Origin: a virus
IMG/VR virus record: IMGVR_UViG_3300049186_000017
Coordinates: 1 to 41,655 of that record
DNA length: 41,655 nt
Reading direction: 5' to 3' (one strand)
The notes under the pieces are model-generated. The model had not been told where the DNA came from. It made no database searches and saw only the letters and a program-made list of their open reading frames with translations. Position 1 is the first letter of the stretch. Every line of letters starts with the position of its first letter. Positions 6,611-13,760 of this stretch are shown piece after piece. Both the position numbers and the translations under genes were made by a program.

Positions 6611-7233
6611 CACTGCCTCTTGCACAGCGCGACCCGCACGGGATCGCCCTCGTTCACCTGAGCCCCGGGCCACGTGCCGTAAACGCTCGACGTCGTCTCG
6701 ATCGACCGCACGGTGGCAAAGCACGTCATCGGCCGGCCCTGGTAGGTGGTCTGCACCGTGCCGCAGACCTTGGTGCGCTTCTTCGTCACCGGGTCCAGGC
6801 AGTACGCCGGCCGCACGCCATCCGCGTCGGGGGCGATGATCCAGACCGCCGGCGGGACGATCGCCGTCAGCTTGTCGTCGCACGCCTTCACGTCCGCCTT
6901 GACGACGTTGATCGTGCGCATCTTGGCCAGCGCGCCGAGGTCACGCGCCGCGACAGCCGAGGCAGCAGCGGCCACCTGCGCGGCCGTCAGCCGGGTACTG
7001 TCGAGCAGCGCGAACACGGTGTGCCAGTCGCCATAGGGGTCGGCGTCGCGCTCGAACCAGGCGATGCACAGCTTCAGCGGCGCGGCCTGCACGTCGACCA
7101 CCGCATTGGCCGGTGGCTGCGTCAGGACCGGCCGGTCTGTCACCTGCGCGTGCGCGTTCTTCGCGATCAGCACGCCGATCGCCAGCAGGCAGACCGCCAC
7201 CATGGCCAAGAGGTAGGCCGCGATGCGCTTCAC
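6610..7233 (-). CDS. secreted Cys-rich protein of unknown function (207 aa)
   Basis: GTG start in a GTGA overlap. N-terminal signal peptide (MKRIAAYLLAMVAVCLLAIGVLIAKNAHA/QV). Several Cys residues in the predicted mature part. Confidence 0.7.
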   Translation of the reverse strand: MKRIAAYLLAMVAVCLLAIGVLIAKNAHAQVTDRPVLTQPPANAVVDVQAAPLKLCIAWFERDADPYGDWHTVFALLDSTRLTAAQVAAAASAVAARDLGALAKMRTINVVKADVKACDDKLTAIVPPAVWIIAPDADGVRPAYCLDPVTKKRTKVCGTVQTTYQGRPMTCFATVRSIETTSSVYGTWPGAQVNEGDPVRVALCKRQ

Positions 7234-7442
7234 GTTGCCGCCTTCGCGCGCGCGATGTGCTCGTCGAAACTGGCGATGCGCGTGTCGAGCCCAGCCAGGG
7301 CAGCGCCGACTTCGTCATCCGACACCGGCTCGCCACCCATGGCGCGCTGGTACAGCGGCGTCAGCGTCGACACGGCTTGCATGGCCGCGGCGCCGGTGGT
7401 CGCGAAGTCGTTGATCAGCGTGATGATTTGCAGCGGTGTCAT
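7230..7442 (-). CDS. hypothetical protein (70 aa)
   Basis: Distal part of track ORF 7230..7790. ATGA overlap with the upstream lipoprotein gene. Confidence 0.55.
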   Translation of the reverse strand: MTPLQIITLINDFATTGAAAMQAVSTLTPLYQRAMGGEPVSDDEVGAALAGLDTRIASFDEHIARAKAAT

Positions 7443-7762
7443 TTCTTCTCCTGTTCGCGCAGTTGGCGCTCGAGCTCCAGTAACTGGGGCTGCAGGTTGT
7501 TGATCAACTGTTGCGGGTCGCAAGCCGGCAGCTTGCACAGCAGCAACGCTTCGCGCGTGTCGCTGATCGACTGGCGCGCCTTCTTGGCCCGGTAGCTGGC
7601 CTGCACCGCCTGCTCGGGCGTGATGCGGCCGCGCATGAGTGCTTGGTCCATCACCTGCACGTACGCCTCGACCGTGCGCGTCGCGGTGACAAGCGAAAGG
7701 TTCGGGTCGAACGTGGTGCAGGCTGCGAACAACAGCGCCGCGATGACGATCAGGCGTTTCAT
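7439..7762 (-). CDS. lipoprotein with C-terminal coiled coil (107 aa); candidate outer-membrane spanin component
   Basis: Distal part of track ORF 7439..8101. MKRLIVIAALLFAAC lipobox. ATGA overlap with the endolysin stop. C-terminal LQPQLLELERQLREQEKK. Confidence 0.72.
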   Translation of the reverse strand: MKRLIVIAALLFAACTTFDPNLSLVTATRTVEAYVQVMDQALMRGRITPEQAVQASYRAKKARQSISDTREALLLCKLPACDPQQLINNLQPQLLELERQLREQEKK

Positions 7763-8214
7763 CCGAGACCTTTCGTGTAGCTGACCCCATCGGGTCGAAA
7801 GTGAGCCGTCAGAACCTCGTTGCGCGGCCGTGGCGCGAACGAGATGTGCACCCAGCCGCCCTCTTGGATGAGCTGGTCGAACTTGATGCGGTCCATGTGC
7901 GCGACGATGAACTGCGACAGCCGGCTCGGCGGGCCGTACCTTGGAGCCACGAAGTCGCAGGCGTGGCCGTCCATGTGCTGCGAGTTGTGGGCGCCCCTCA
8001 CCGCTTGATTGAGCGCCGGGCAGCGATATCCGCTCTTGATGAGCACCGGCGCGCCGAGGAGATCGCGCACCGCCTGCATGCCCGGGATCAGCACATTGCA
8101 CAGCGTGGCCAGCACCGAAGCGTTCGGCGTGTTGTCGATGCCGAGCCGTGCAGCGGTGTCGCTCACGATGAACTCGGAGAGGTAGAAGTCCTTGGTGACG
8201 AGAACTTCGCTCAT
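7759..8214 (-). CDS. endolysin, peptidase M15 family (L-Ala-D-Glu / D-Ala-D-Ala peptidase-like)
   Basis: 151 aa. SGYRCPALNQAV..SQHMDGHACDF zinc-ligand pattern typical of Peptidase_M15_3 endolysins. Confidence 0.9.
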   Translation of the reverse strand: MSEVLVTKDFYLSEFIVSDTAARLGIDNTPNASVLATLCNVLIPGMQAVRDLLGAPVLIKSGYRCPALNQAVRGAHNSQHMDGHACDFVAPRYGPPSRLSQFIVAHMDRIKFDQLIQEGGWVHISFAPRPRNEVLTAHFRPDGVSYTKGLG

Positions 8215-8417
8215 TTCTTCAGGCTTTCCCGGAAGCGGTCCATCGTGATCTGCCCCGCCATCCAGTTCTCCATCTTGTGGAGGCGCGCACGCACGCGCTC
8301 GAGCTCGGCCGTGATCAGGTCCAACCGCTGCAGCACGAGCCGCACAGCCAGCCCCGCCATGCCGACCACGAAGGCGATGACGACGCCCGCCACCACGGCG
8401 GCGGTCGGGTCGTTCAC
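8211..8417 (-). CDS. N-terminal-TMD plus coiled-coil protein (68 aa); candidate inner-membrane spanin or holin regulator
   Basis: Frame of track ORF 8211..8441. GTG 8417 forms a GTGA overlap with the holin stop (alternative GTG at 8441). TMD AAVVAGVVIAFVVGMAGLAV followed by LITAELERVRARL. Confidence 0.6.
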   Translation of the reverse strand: MNDPTAAVVAGVVIAFVVGMAGLAVRLVLQRLDLITAELERVRARLHKMENWMAGQITMDRFRESLKK

Positions 8418-8587
8418 GCTTCGGAATCCGGCACGAGCCACTGCACGATGAAGGTCACGACCACCGACAGCGAGCTCGCCGCTTCGACAGGCACATCGAC
8501 CTTCGCGAACTGCTTCGAGGCCCAGACGATCAGGCCAACGATGGCGCCGGCAACCACGCCGGAAGCGACTTTGTTCGTGGGGATCAT
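8414..8587 (-). CDS. putative holin, 57 aa, two TMDs
   Basis: Distal part of track ORF 8414..8758. AGGAGA RBS 5 nt upstream of ATG 8587. Sequence MIPTNKVASGVVAGAIVGLIVWASK...LSVVVTFIVQWLV. Confidence 0.65.
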   Translation of the reverse strand: MIPTNKVASGVVAGAIVGLIVWASKQFAKVDVPVEAASSLSVVVTFIVQWLVPDSEA

Positions 8588-8865
8588 GGCTTTCTCCTGA
8601 CTTGCTCGACCTCGAATTCCACTTTCAGCAATCGCTCGTTGGCGCGGATGGCTTCGAGCGCGCGGATGCGGTGTTCCGTCGTCGCGGTGTTGACCGCTGT
8701 CTGCTGCAGCGCCGACTCGATCGAGCTCAGCCGATTGAGGATCGAATTCATCCCCCACGCCAGGATCGGAGGTGCTGCGATCAGCACTCCGTTGGCGATC
8801 AGGCGCAGCACCGCGCTGTTCGCAAGCGCCTCGATGCGCGGTTCAGTCGTGCGTGTTATGTCCAT
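8584..8865 (-). CDS. single-TMD coiled-coil membrane protein (93 aa)
   Basis: Track ORF. TMD LIANGVLIAAPPILAWG followed by a heptad-like C-terminus. Same architecture as 8211..8417. Confidence 0.6.
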   Translation of the reverse strand: MDITRTTEPRIEALANSAVLRLIANGVLIAAPPILAWGMNSILNRLSSIESALQQTAVNTATTEHRIRALEAIRANERLLKVEFEVEQVRRKP

Positions 8866-9190
8866 GCAGCATCCAGACAGCGATGATGTAGATCGCCCAA
8901 GCGGCGGCCCAAAAGAACGGCAGACCCGTGTACGCCTCGCACAGCCCGGCGCCGCGCTCTTTCACGGGCCACCAGTTCCATGCCATCTGACAGCCGAAGA
9001 CCTGCAGCCCTTCTTCCAGTCCGATCAAGCAGACGAACCAGCGCGCTTTGAAGCGCGGCCCCCGGTGCGACCAGAACAGCAGGCCGACCACCAGCCCCTG
9101 CACCGCCATCGCGCTCGCCCACTTGTGCGGGAAGGGGTAGTACCCCACGAACGCGATCGCCGTCAGGACCAGCAGCCACACCGTGCTCAC
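8843..9190 (-). CDS. polytopic membrane protein (115 aa, 3-4 TMDs); holin- or antiholin-like
   Basis: Track ORF. GTG start in a GTGA overlap. Hydrophobic segments at about 4-20, 27-40 and 90-108. Confidence 0.62.
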   Translation of the reverse strand: MSTVWLLVLTAIAFVGYYPFPHKWASAMAVQGLVVGLLFWSHRGPRFKARWFVCLIGLEEGLQVFGCQMAWNWWPVKERGAGLCEAYTGLPFFWAAAWAIYIIAVWMLHGHNTHD

Positions 9191-9354
9191 TTCGGCTTTG
9201 CGGGTGGCGGCGGATTGCCGGCCAGTGGCGCAGGCGGCGGGTTGCCGGCGAGGTTCGGGAACGGCGGGCCCATTTGCATGGCCCAGTCCTCCAGCGCTTC
9301 GACGCGCGCCTCCAAGGCCTCGAACACACTACGCCGCACGAATGCCCATTTCAT
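9187..9354 (-). CDS. 55-aa protein with tandem LAGNPPP(A/P) repeats
   Basis: Below the track cutoff; hand-translated as MKWAFVRRSVFEALEARVEALEDWAMQMGPPFPNLAGNPPPAPLAGNPPPPAKPK. AAGGAA RBS between the tailspike stop (9370) and ATG 9354. The stop overlaps the next GTG. Confidence 0.45.
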   Translation of the reverse strand: MKWAFVRRSVFEALEARVEALEDWAMQMGPPFPNLAGNPPPAPLAGNPPPPAKPK

Positions 9355-9369
9355 CGTTCGTTCCTTTCG

Positions 9370-11733
9370 TCAGATCGGGCCGACGTTGTTGACGTCGCTG
9401 GTGATTGCGCCGAGGTTGTGCAAGTTGGTTGCTACGCGGCGCGTGTTGCCTTGCAGAATCGCGTTCGTCGGCGCGTTGTTCCAGAGGCGAATCGGGGTGT
9501 CTGCTGCGTTGGCGCTCTGGAAGTAGCACCCCAGCACGATCAGGATCTGCTTTGTCGGCGTCGCATTGAAGTTCGTCCGAATCGATCCGACCGTCACCGG
9601 CACGTTGAAGAACTCGCACGACTCGAAGCGGTTGAGGAACGTGCCAACCGTGGAAATGTTGTAGGTGAACAGGTCATAGCGCACGCCGTAGGCGCGGAGC
9701 GTGATGTCTGTCCCGCCGATCTCGTTGGTCCAGCCCGAGCCGAACCCGCTGATAGTCCCGCCTCGGATGGTGATTTGCGAACCGTTCGCCAACGACGAGG
9801 CGTTGACGATGTAGTCGGACGCCGAGCCGTTGCGCGACGTGAAATGGTTGTCGACCAGCTCGATCGCGGCGGCAAGGAATGTGCTGTACGTCGGCGAGCC
9901 GCACGCGATCACGCTTTCCTCGACCCGAAGCCTGGACACGCTGCCGCGCATCACATGGGTCCCACCCTGCATCCTGCGCAGCGTGTAGCTACAGCTCGCG
10001 GGCGCGGCGAAGAAGTTGACCCAGCCAGAATCTGCGTTGAAAGTCGAGTTCGTGAACAGCGGCGACTCGATCAACAAGTTGCTGATCGTGGTCGGCCCCG
10101 TGCCGTCGACGACAATTCCGCCATCGCCCGAACTGCTGTTGACGATGTCGTCCCCCGAAAGGCCGCGGATCGTCAGCGAGGCGTGACCGCCCTGGCTTGA
10201 GAGCGCGGTGCGCGCCTTCTGCACATAGCAGTCCTCCACCAGCGCATCGGCGTTCGTGCCCGTGCCACCCAGCGAGATGCCGATCGGCATGTACCCGGAG
10301 CCGCCATACACGCGGCATCGCACGACGTTGCACTTGCCTCGCAGGCTGTTGCCGATCGCATGCGCGATCATTCCGCGCACCCGGCCAGAGGTTTGCCCCG
10401 CGTTGCCGGCGATGTTGTAGCCGACGCAGTCGACCCAATCCACGTTGTGCGTGTTCTCGGCCCAGAACCCCGCGTTGAACTCTGTCGTCGAGTCGTCGCA
10501 GTTGTTGGTGTTGCTCGCGATGCAGCGGTGCCCGGCAATCAAGTCCGACTTGGTGGCCCCATCGCTCTCGGCAACGAAGCCGATGCGGCGCACGTCGTTG
10601 GCCCAGCAACCGCGCCAGGTCGATCGCGTGCAGCCGCCAACGTAGAAGCCATCGGCCGGATTGCCGCCGACTCCCGTGGTGTGATACCGCACCGTGTTCG
10701 CGCGGCAGCGGTCCCACAACAGGTTGTCGCCGTTGTAGGCGGTGAACCCCATGTTCACGCAGTTGAGGGCAACGCAGTCGCGGAACGTGAGGTTTGAAAA
10801 CCCGTTGCTTCCGAAGCCGGTGCTTTTTAGGTTCGCGTCGACCGTCAGCCCCGAGATCGTCACGCCGCTCGCACCGACGTAGACCACGCCGAACGCGTTG
10901 GTCGGAATCACCGACGCATTGCCTTGCTTGATGGTGGCGCCATAGCCGATGACAGGAACGCGCACCGTCCAATGGCCCGTATAGAGGTACGTCCCCGGCG
11001 GGATCAGCAGCGGTTTGCCGGCCGCGAATGCCGCCGCCTCTGCCAAGTCAAGCGCCGACGTGTCGTTGCTGACACCATCGCCCGTCGCATTGAACGGCGC
11101 ATCCTTGACGCTCAGGCCATCGCGCAGCTTGGCGCCGATCGTCCCGGCAGCGTAGGCAAGCGCCGAGCTGTAGCCGATCTGCCCCGCGGCCTTGGTGGCG
11201 TTGTTGGTTGTCGCCAGGTCGGTGGCCAGTGCTCCCGCGGTGCCGGCAGCCGCAAGCAGCAACGCGGGCGCGCCGGTTGGCCCAAAGCCGAGGTAGTAGC
11301 CGGCGCGCTCGGATGCCGGCGGCAATGCGTCGACCGACTCGCCGTTCGGCACGCGCAGCGTCAGCGGCAGTGTTTTCCCGCCGGCCGTCAAGTCCTGCAG
11401 CGCTTGCCACAGCCGATCGAAATCGCGGTTGACGACCGCGGCCAGCAAGTCGCCGTTGCCCTGGTAGTCGGTGTTTCGCTCGAGCGACGTGTCGCGGTAC
11501 AGCGTGACGATCGTGCTGCTGGCAGGAGCGCTCAGGAAGTCGACACTGCCGGCGCTTTCACCCAAGCCGGTGATCGTGAAGTCGACGCCGCTCTGATAGA
11601 TCGTCGTGACGCCGGCGAGCGTGCCTTGCACGACCAAGTCGTCGGCGTCGTTGATCGTGAAGCTGTACGGGAAGCTCGTCGTGGCGCCGTTTGCCACGCT
11701 GCTGGTGATCGGAGTCTCGGCGGAGACTGTCAT
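9370..11733 (-). CDS. tailspike / tail fiber: T7 gp17-like N-terminal particle-binding domain plus pectate-lyase-type beta-helix (depolymerase-like)
   Basis: 787 aa from ATG 11733 (the track ORF extends to 12021 through terL and that part is rejected). N-terminus TSFPYSFTI..DDLVV...YRDTSLERNTDYQGNGDLLAAVVNRDFDRLWQALQDL. Then FNATGDGVSNDTSALDLAEAAAFAAGKPLLIPPGTYLY and repetitive Gly/Asn/Cys-rich beta-helix rungs. Confidence 0.88.
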   Translation of the reverse strand: MTVSAETPITSSVANGATTSFPYSFTINDADDLVVQGTLAGVTTIYQSGVDFTITGLGESAGSVDFLSAPASSTIVTLYRDTSLERNTDYQGNGDLLAAVVNRDFDRLWQALQDLTAGGKTLPLTLRVPNGESVDALPPASERAGYYLGFGPTGAPALLLAAAGTAGALATDLATTNNATKAAGQIGYSSALAYAAGTIGAKLRDGLSVKDAPFNATGDGVSNDTSALDLAEAAAFAAGKPLLIPPGTYLYTGHWTVRVPVIGYGATIKQGNASVIPTNAFGVVYVGASGVTISGLTVDANLKSTGFGSNGFSNLTFRDCVALNCVNMGFTAYNGDNLLWDRCRANTVRYHTTGVGGNPADGFYVGGCTRSTWRGCWANDVRRIGFVAESDGATKSDLIAGHRCIASNTNNCDDSTTEFNAGFWAENTHNVDWVDCVGYNIAGNAGQTSGRVRGMIAHAIGNSLRGKCNVVRCRVYGGSGYMPIGISLGGTGTNADALVEDCYVQKARTALSSQGGHASLTIRGLSGDDIVNSSSGDGGIVVDGTGPTTISNLLIESPLFTNSTFNADSGWVNFFAAPASCSYTLRRMQGGTHVMRGSVSRLRVEESVIACGSPTYSTFLAAAIELVDNHFTSRNGSASDYIVNASSLANGSQITIRGGTISGFGSGWTNEIGGTDITLRAYGVRYDLFTYNISTVGTFLNRFESCEFFNVPVTVGSIRTNFNATPTKQILIVLGCYFQSANAADTPIRLWNNAPTNAILQGNTRRVATNLHNLGAITSDVNNVGPI

Positions 11734-11764
11734 CGGGCGCCCTTTCGACGGGGCACCCTTGGCA

Positions 11765-13420
11765 CTACTGTGTGACCACCTCGAAAACGCCGGATGCCGG
11801 GCGCCAATGCTGGGGCTCGCGTGCCGCAGAAATCTCTGCGCGCCGGCCGATCCGCTCGGGGGTTTCCGACACCGCGCCGGCGGTCGCATCGAGGTAATCG
11901 TCGGGCTGGTTGGCCACCGTCGGCACCCATCCGCGCATCTGATCGGGCAGCGGCCCGGCCGCCACGCTCGAGTGCATCCACAGCATCTCATTGGCCTGCA
12001 GCAGCGGCTCGATCGACTCAAGAATGCGCTTGTTCTTGTTGCCGGTCTCGGTCAGGTCCTTCACGCCGCAGGTGATGCGCCGCTGCTTCAGCGCTGCCTT
12101 GAGCGTGGCCGGCGCGAACTTGCCGATCCCGTTGGTCTCGATCGTCACGCGCGGCAGCGCGAACTGCTCGACGATGTCGCAGATCTGCGCAACCTGGCCG
12201 CCGGTGATCAGCTTGCCGTCGTCGGCGAACTCGGCCACATCGCCCGTCAGCGGCAGCACGCGGTGCAGGTAGCGGCGGCCGCTGTCATCCTGCAGGCACA
12301 CCGCGAAGGCCGAGACGTCGCTGTGCAGGTCGCCGCTGGCCGGGTCCCAGCGCGCGGCCGCGCCGACGATGCGCGCATGACCCAGCGTCATCACCGTCTC
12401 GCCGTTGGCGGTGCGCAGCCGCGGCTCGACGTCATACACCTCGATGCGGTCGGGATCGAGCCGCACCTCGTGCAGCGGCTTGGCCTCCAGCATGTACTGC
12501 GAGTCCCACGCGTTGAGCGTGCGGGTCTCTTTGCGCCGGCGCTCGATCTCCTTGCGGCTGAAGCGATCGGGCCACGCGCAGCACGCATAGATGTCGAGCA
12601 CCGCGCCGGGCGGCTTGTCGAAGATCACCGCGCAGCCCTTGCCGCGCAGCTCGAGCTCGTAGTCGACGCCCTCGACCAGCGTGCGCGCGAAGGTGTGGAT
12701 GCCGACGAGCACGTACAGCCCATCGGGCCCCGGCTGAAAGCCGATCTCGTAGCGCTTGCGCTCCTTGGTGTCATCGAAGCGCGCGGCGTGATCGAACAAG
12801 GGAATCTTCAGCACGGCCGCACCTCCGGTGATGCGCTCGGGATAGATGGAGTCGTGCGTGTGCGGCGTGCCGATGTACGTCTTCTGCGCACCGGGCACCG
12901 CGATGTGCGTCGACTCGCTGATGCGCTGGCGCAGCTTCAGCCGCGCCTCGGGCGTCTCGATGTTGCCCGGCACCTCGATGTCGTCGAAGTCCACGGCATC
13001 GGCGCGCGAGCCGGTGGCGTTCGAGGTCACGCCGACCGCGCGCATGCTGGCGTTGCGGGCGTCGCGCGCGCCGTTCACCCAGAATCGTTTGGTGCCCGGC
13101 CGCTTCGGCAGCAGGCCAACGCACCACGGGTGATTGCGCAGCACGTTGAGCACGTCCGCGGTCAGCATGCCCGCCGTCGGGCCGTCGGCCGACCACACGA
13201 GCGAGCGATGCGTGCGGTCGCGCCACAGGCGCCACGCCTTGAGCAGCGCGTACAGCGTCGATTTGGCGGCGCCGCGGAACACCATCAGCACGCGCTCTGG
13301 TTCCTTGCAGTCGACCAGCCACACGCAGATGGCCAGGTGCAACGGCGGGACCGTCCAGCCCTGGATCTCGGCCCAGCGCAGGACGAAGGCGACGAAGCTT
13401 CGGGCGTCAGCGCTTGCCAC
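11765..13420 (-). CDS. terL: terminase large subunit
   Basis: 551 aa, GTG start. ATPase-like FRGAAKST and nuclease-half features. Sits immediately downstream of a small-terminase-sized gene. Confidence 0.92.
   Translation of the reverse strand: MASADARSFVAFVLRWAEIQGWTVPPLHLAICVWLVDCKEPERVLMVFRGAAKSTLYALLKAWRLWRDRTHRSLVWSADGPTAGMLTADVLNVLRNHPWCVGLLPKRPGTKRFWVNGARDARNASMRAVGVTSNATGSRADAVDFDDIEVPGNIETPEARLKLRQRISESTHIAVPGAQKTYIGTPHTHDSIYPERITGGAAVLKIPLFDHAARFDDTKERKRYEIGFQPGPDGLYVLVGIHTFARTLVEGVDYELELRGKGCAVIFDKPPGAVLDIYACCAWPDRFSRKEIERRRKETRTLNAWDSQYMLEAKPLHEVRLDPDRIEVYDVEPRLRTANGETVMTLGHARIVGAAARWDPASGDLHSDVSAFAVCLQDDSGRRYLHRVLPLTGDVAEFADDGKLITGGQVAQICDIVEQFALPRVTIETNGIGKFAPATLKAALKQRRITCGVKDLTETGNKNKRILESIEPLLQANEMLWMHSSVAAGPLPDQMRGWVPTVANQPDDYLDATAGAVSETPERIGRRAEISAAREPQHWRPASGVFEVVTQ
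11825..11840 (-). promoter_or_regulatory. late-unit motif copy 1 (minus strand CGCAGAGATTTCTGCG), 91 nt upstream of the tailspike ATG, inside the terL 3' end
   Basis: One of three identical copies (also 25914..25929 and 35440..35454). 6-bp arms with a 4-nt centre. Confidence 0.45.
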
Positions 13421-13760
13421 GGCGCGACGCGCGCGTCAGCACTTCGCTCGCGGCCTGCTCGTACCTGGCGATTTCGGCCTCGACCGCTTCGCCCTCATCC
13501 TTCGGCTCGGCGTCCGGCTGGTCCGGCACGATCGCGCCGCCGGTGATCGGGTTTTCCAGCAGGCGCCGCACCTGCATCGTCAGCGCCACCGTCTGCACCG
13601 CCAGGCTGCGGCACCACTTCGCATCGCCGCGCTCATCGCGCGTGAGCTCGTTCGGCTTCTTGCCCGAGCCCACCCAGTTGTCGGGGTCGGCGTCCGAAAG
13701 CGCCACCTCGAGCAGCTTGTCGTGCAGCGTCGTCAGCTTGTCGATTTGGTTCGGTGTCAT
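13407..13760 (-). CDS. terS: putative terminase small subunit (117 aa)
   Basis: Distal part of track ORF 13407..14024. ATGA overlap upstream and a 14-nt overlap with terL. Called on position and size; the acidic C-terminus is typical. Confidence 0.65.
   Translation of the reverse strand: MTPNQIDKLTTLHDKLLEVALSDADPDNWVGSGKKPNELTRDERGDAKWCRSLAVQTVALTMQVRRLLENPITGGAIVPDQPDAEPKDEGEAVEAEIARYEQAASEVLTRASRRGKR

Noticed and set aside
9370-11733. BPP-1-style diversity-generating retroelement (RT, template/variable repeats) associated with the tail fibre
   Set aside because: No ORF with reverse-transcriptase motifs (YxDD etc.) was seen on either strand, and I noticed no ~100-150-bp imperfect repeat of the tailspike 3' end. 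The tailspike C-terminus is beta-helix-like, not C-type-lectin-like. A systematic self-alignment would still be needed to exclude it fully.
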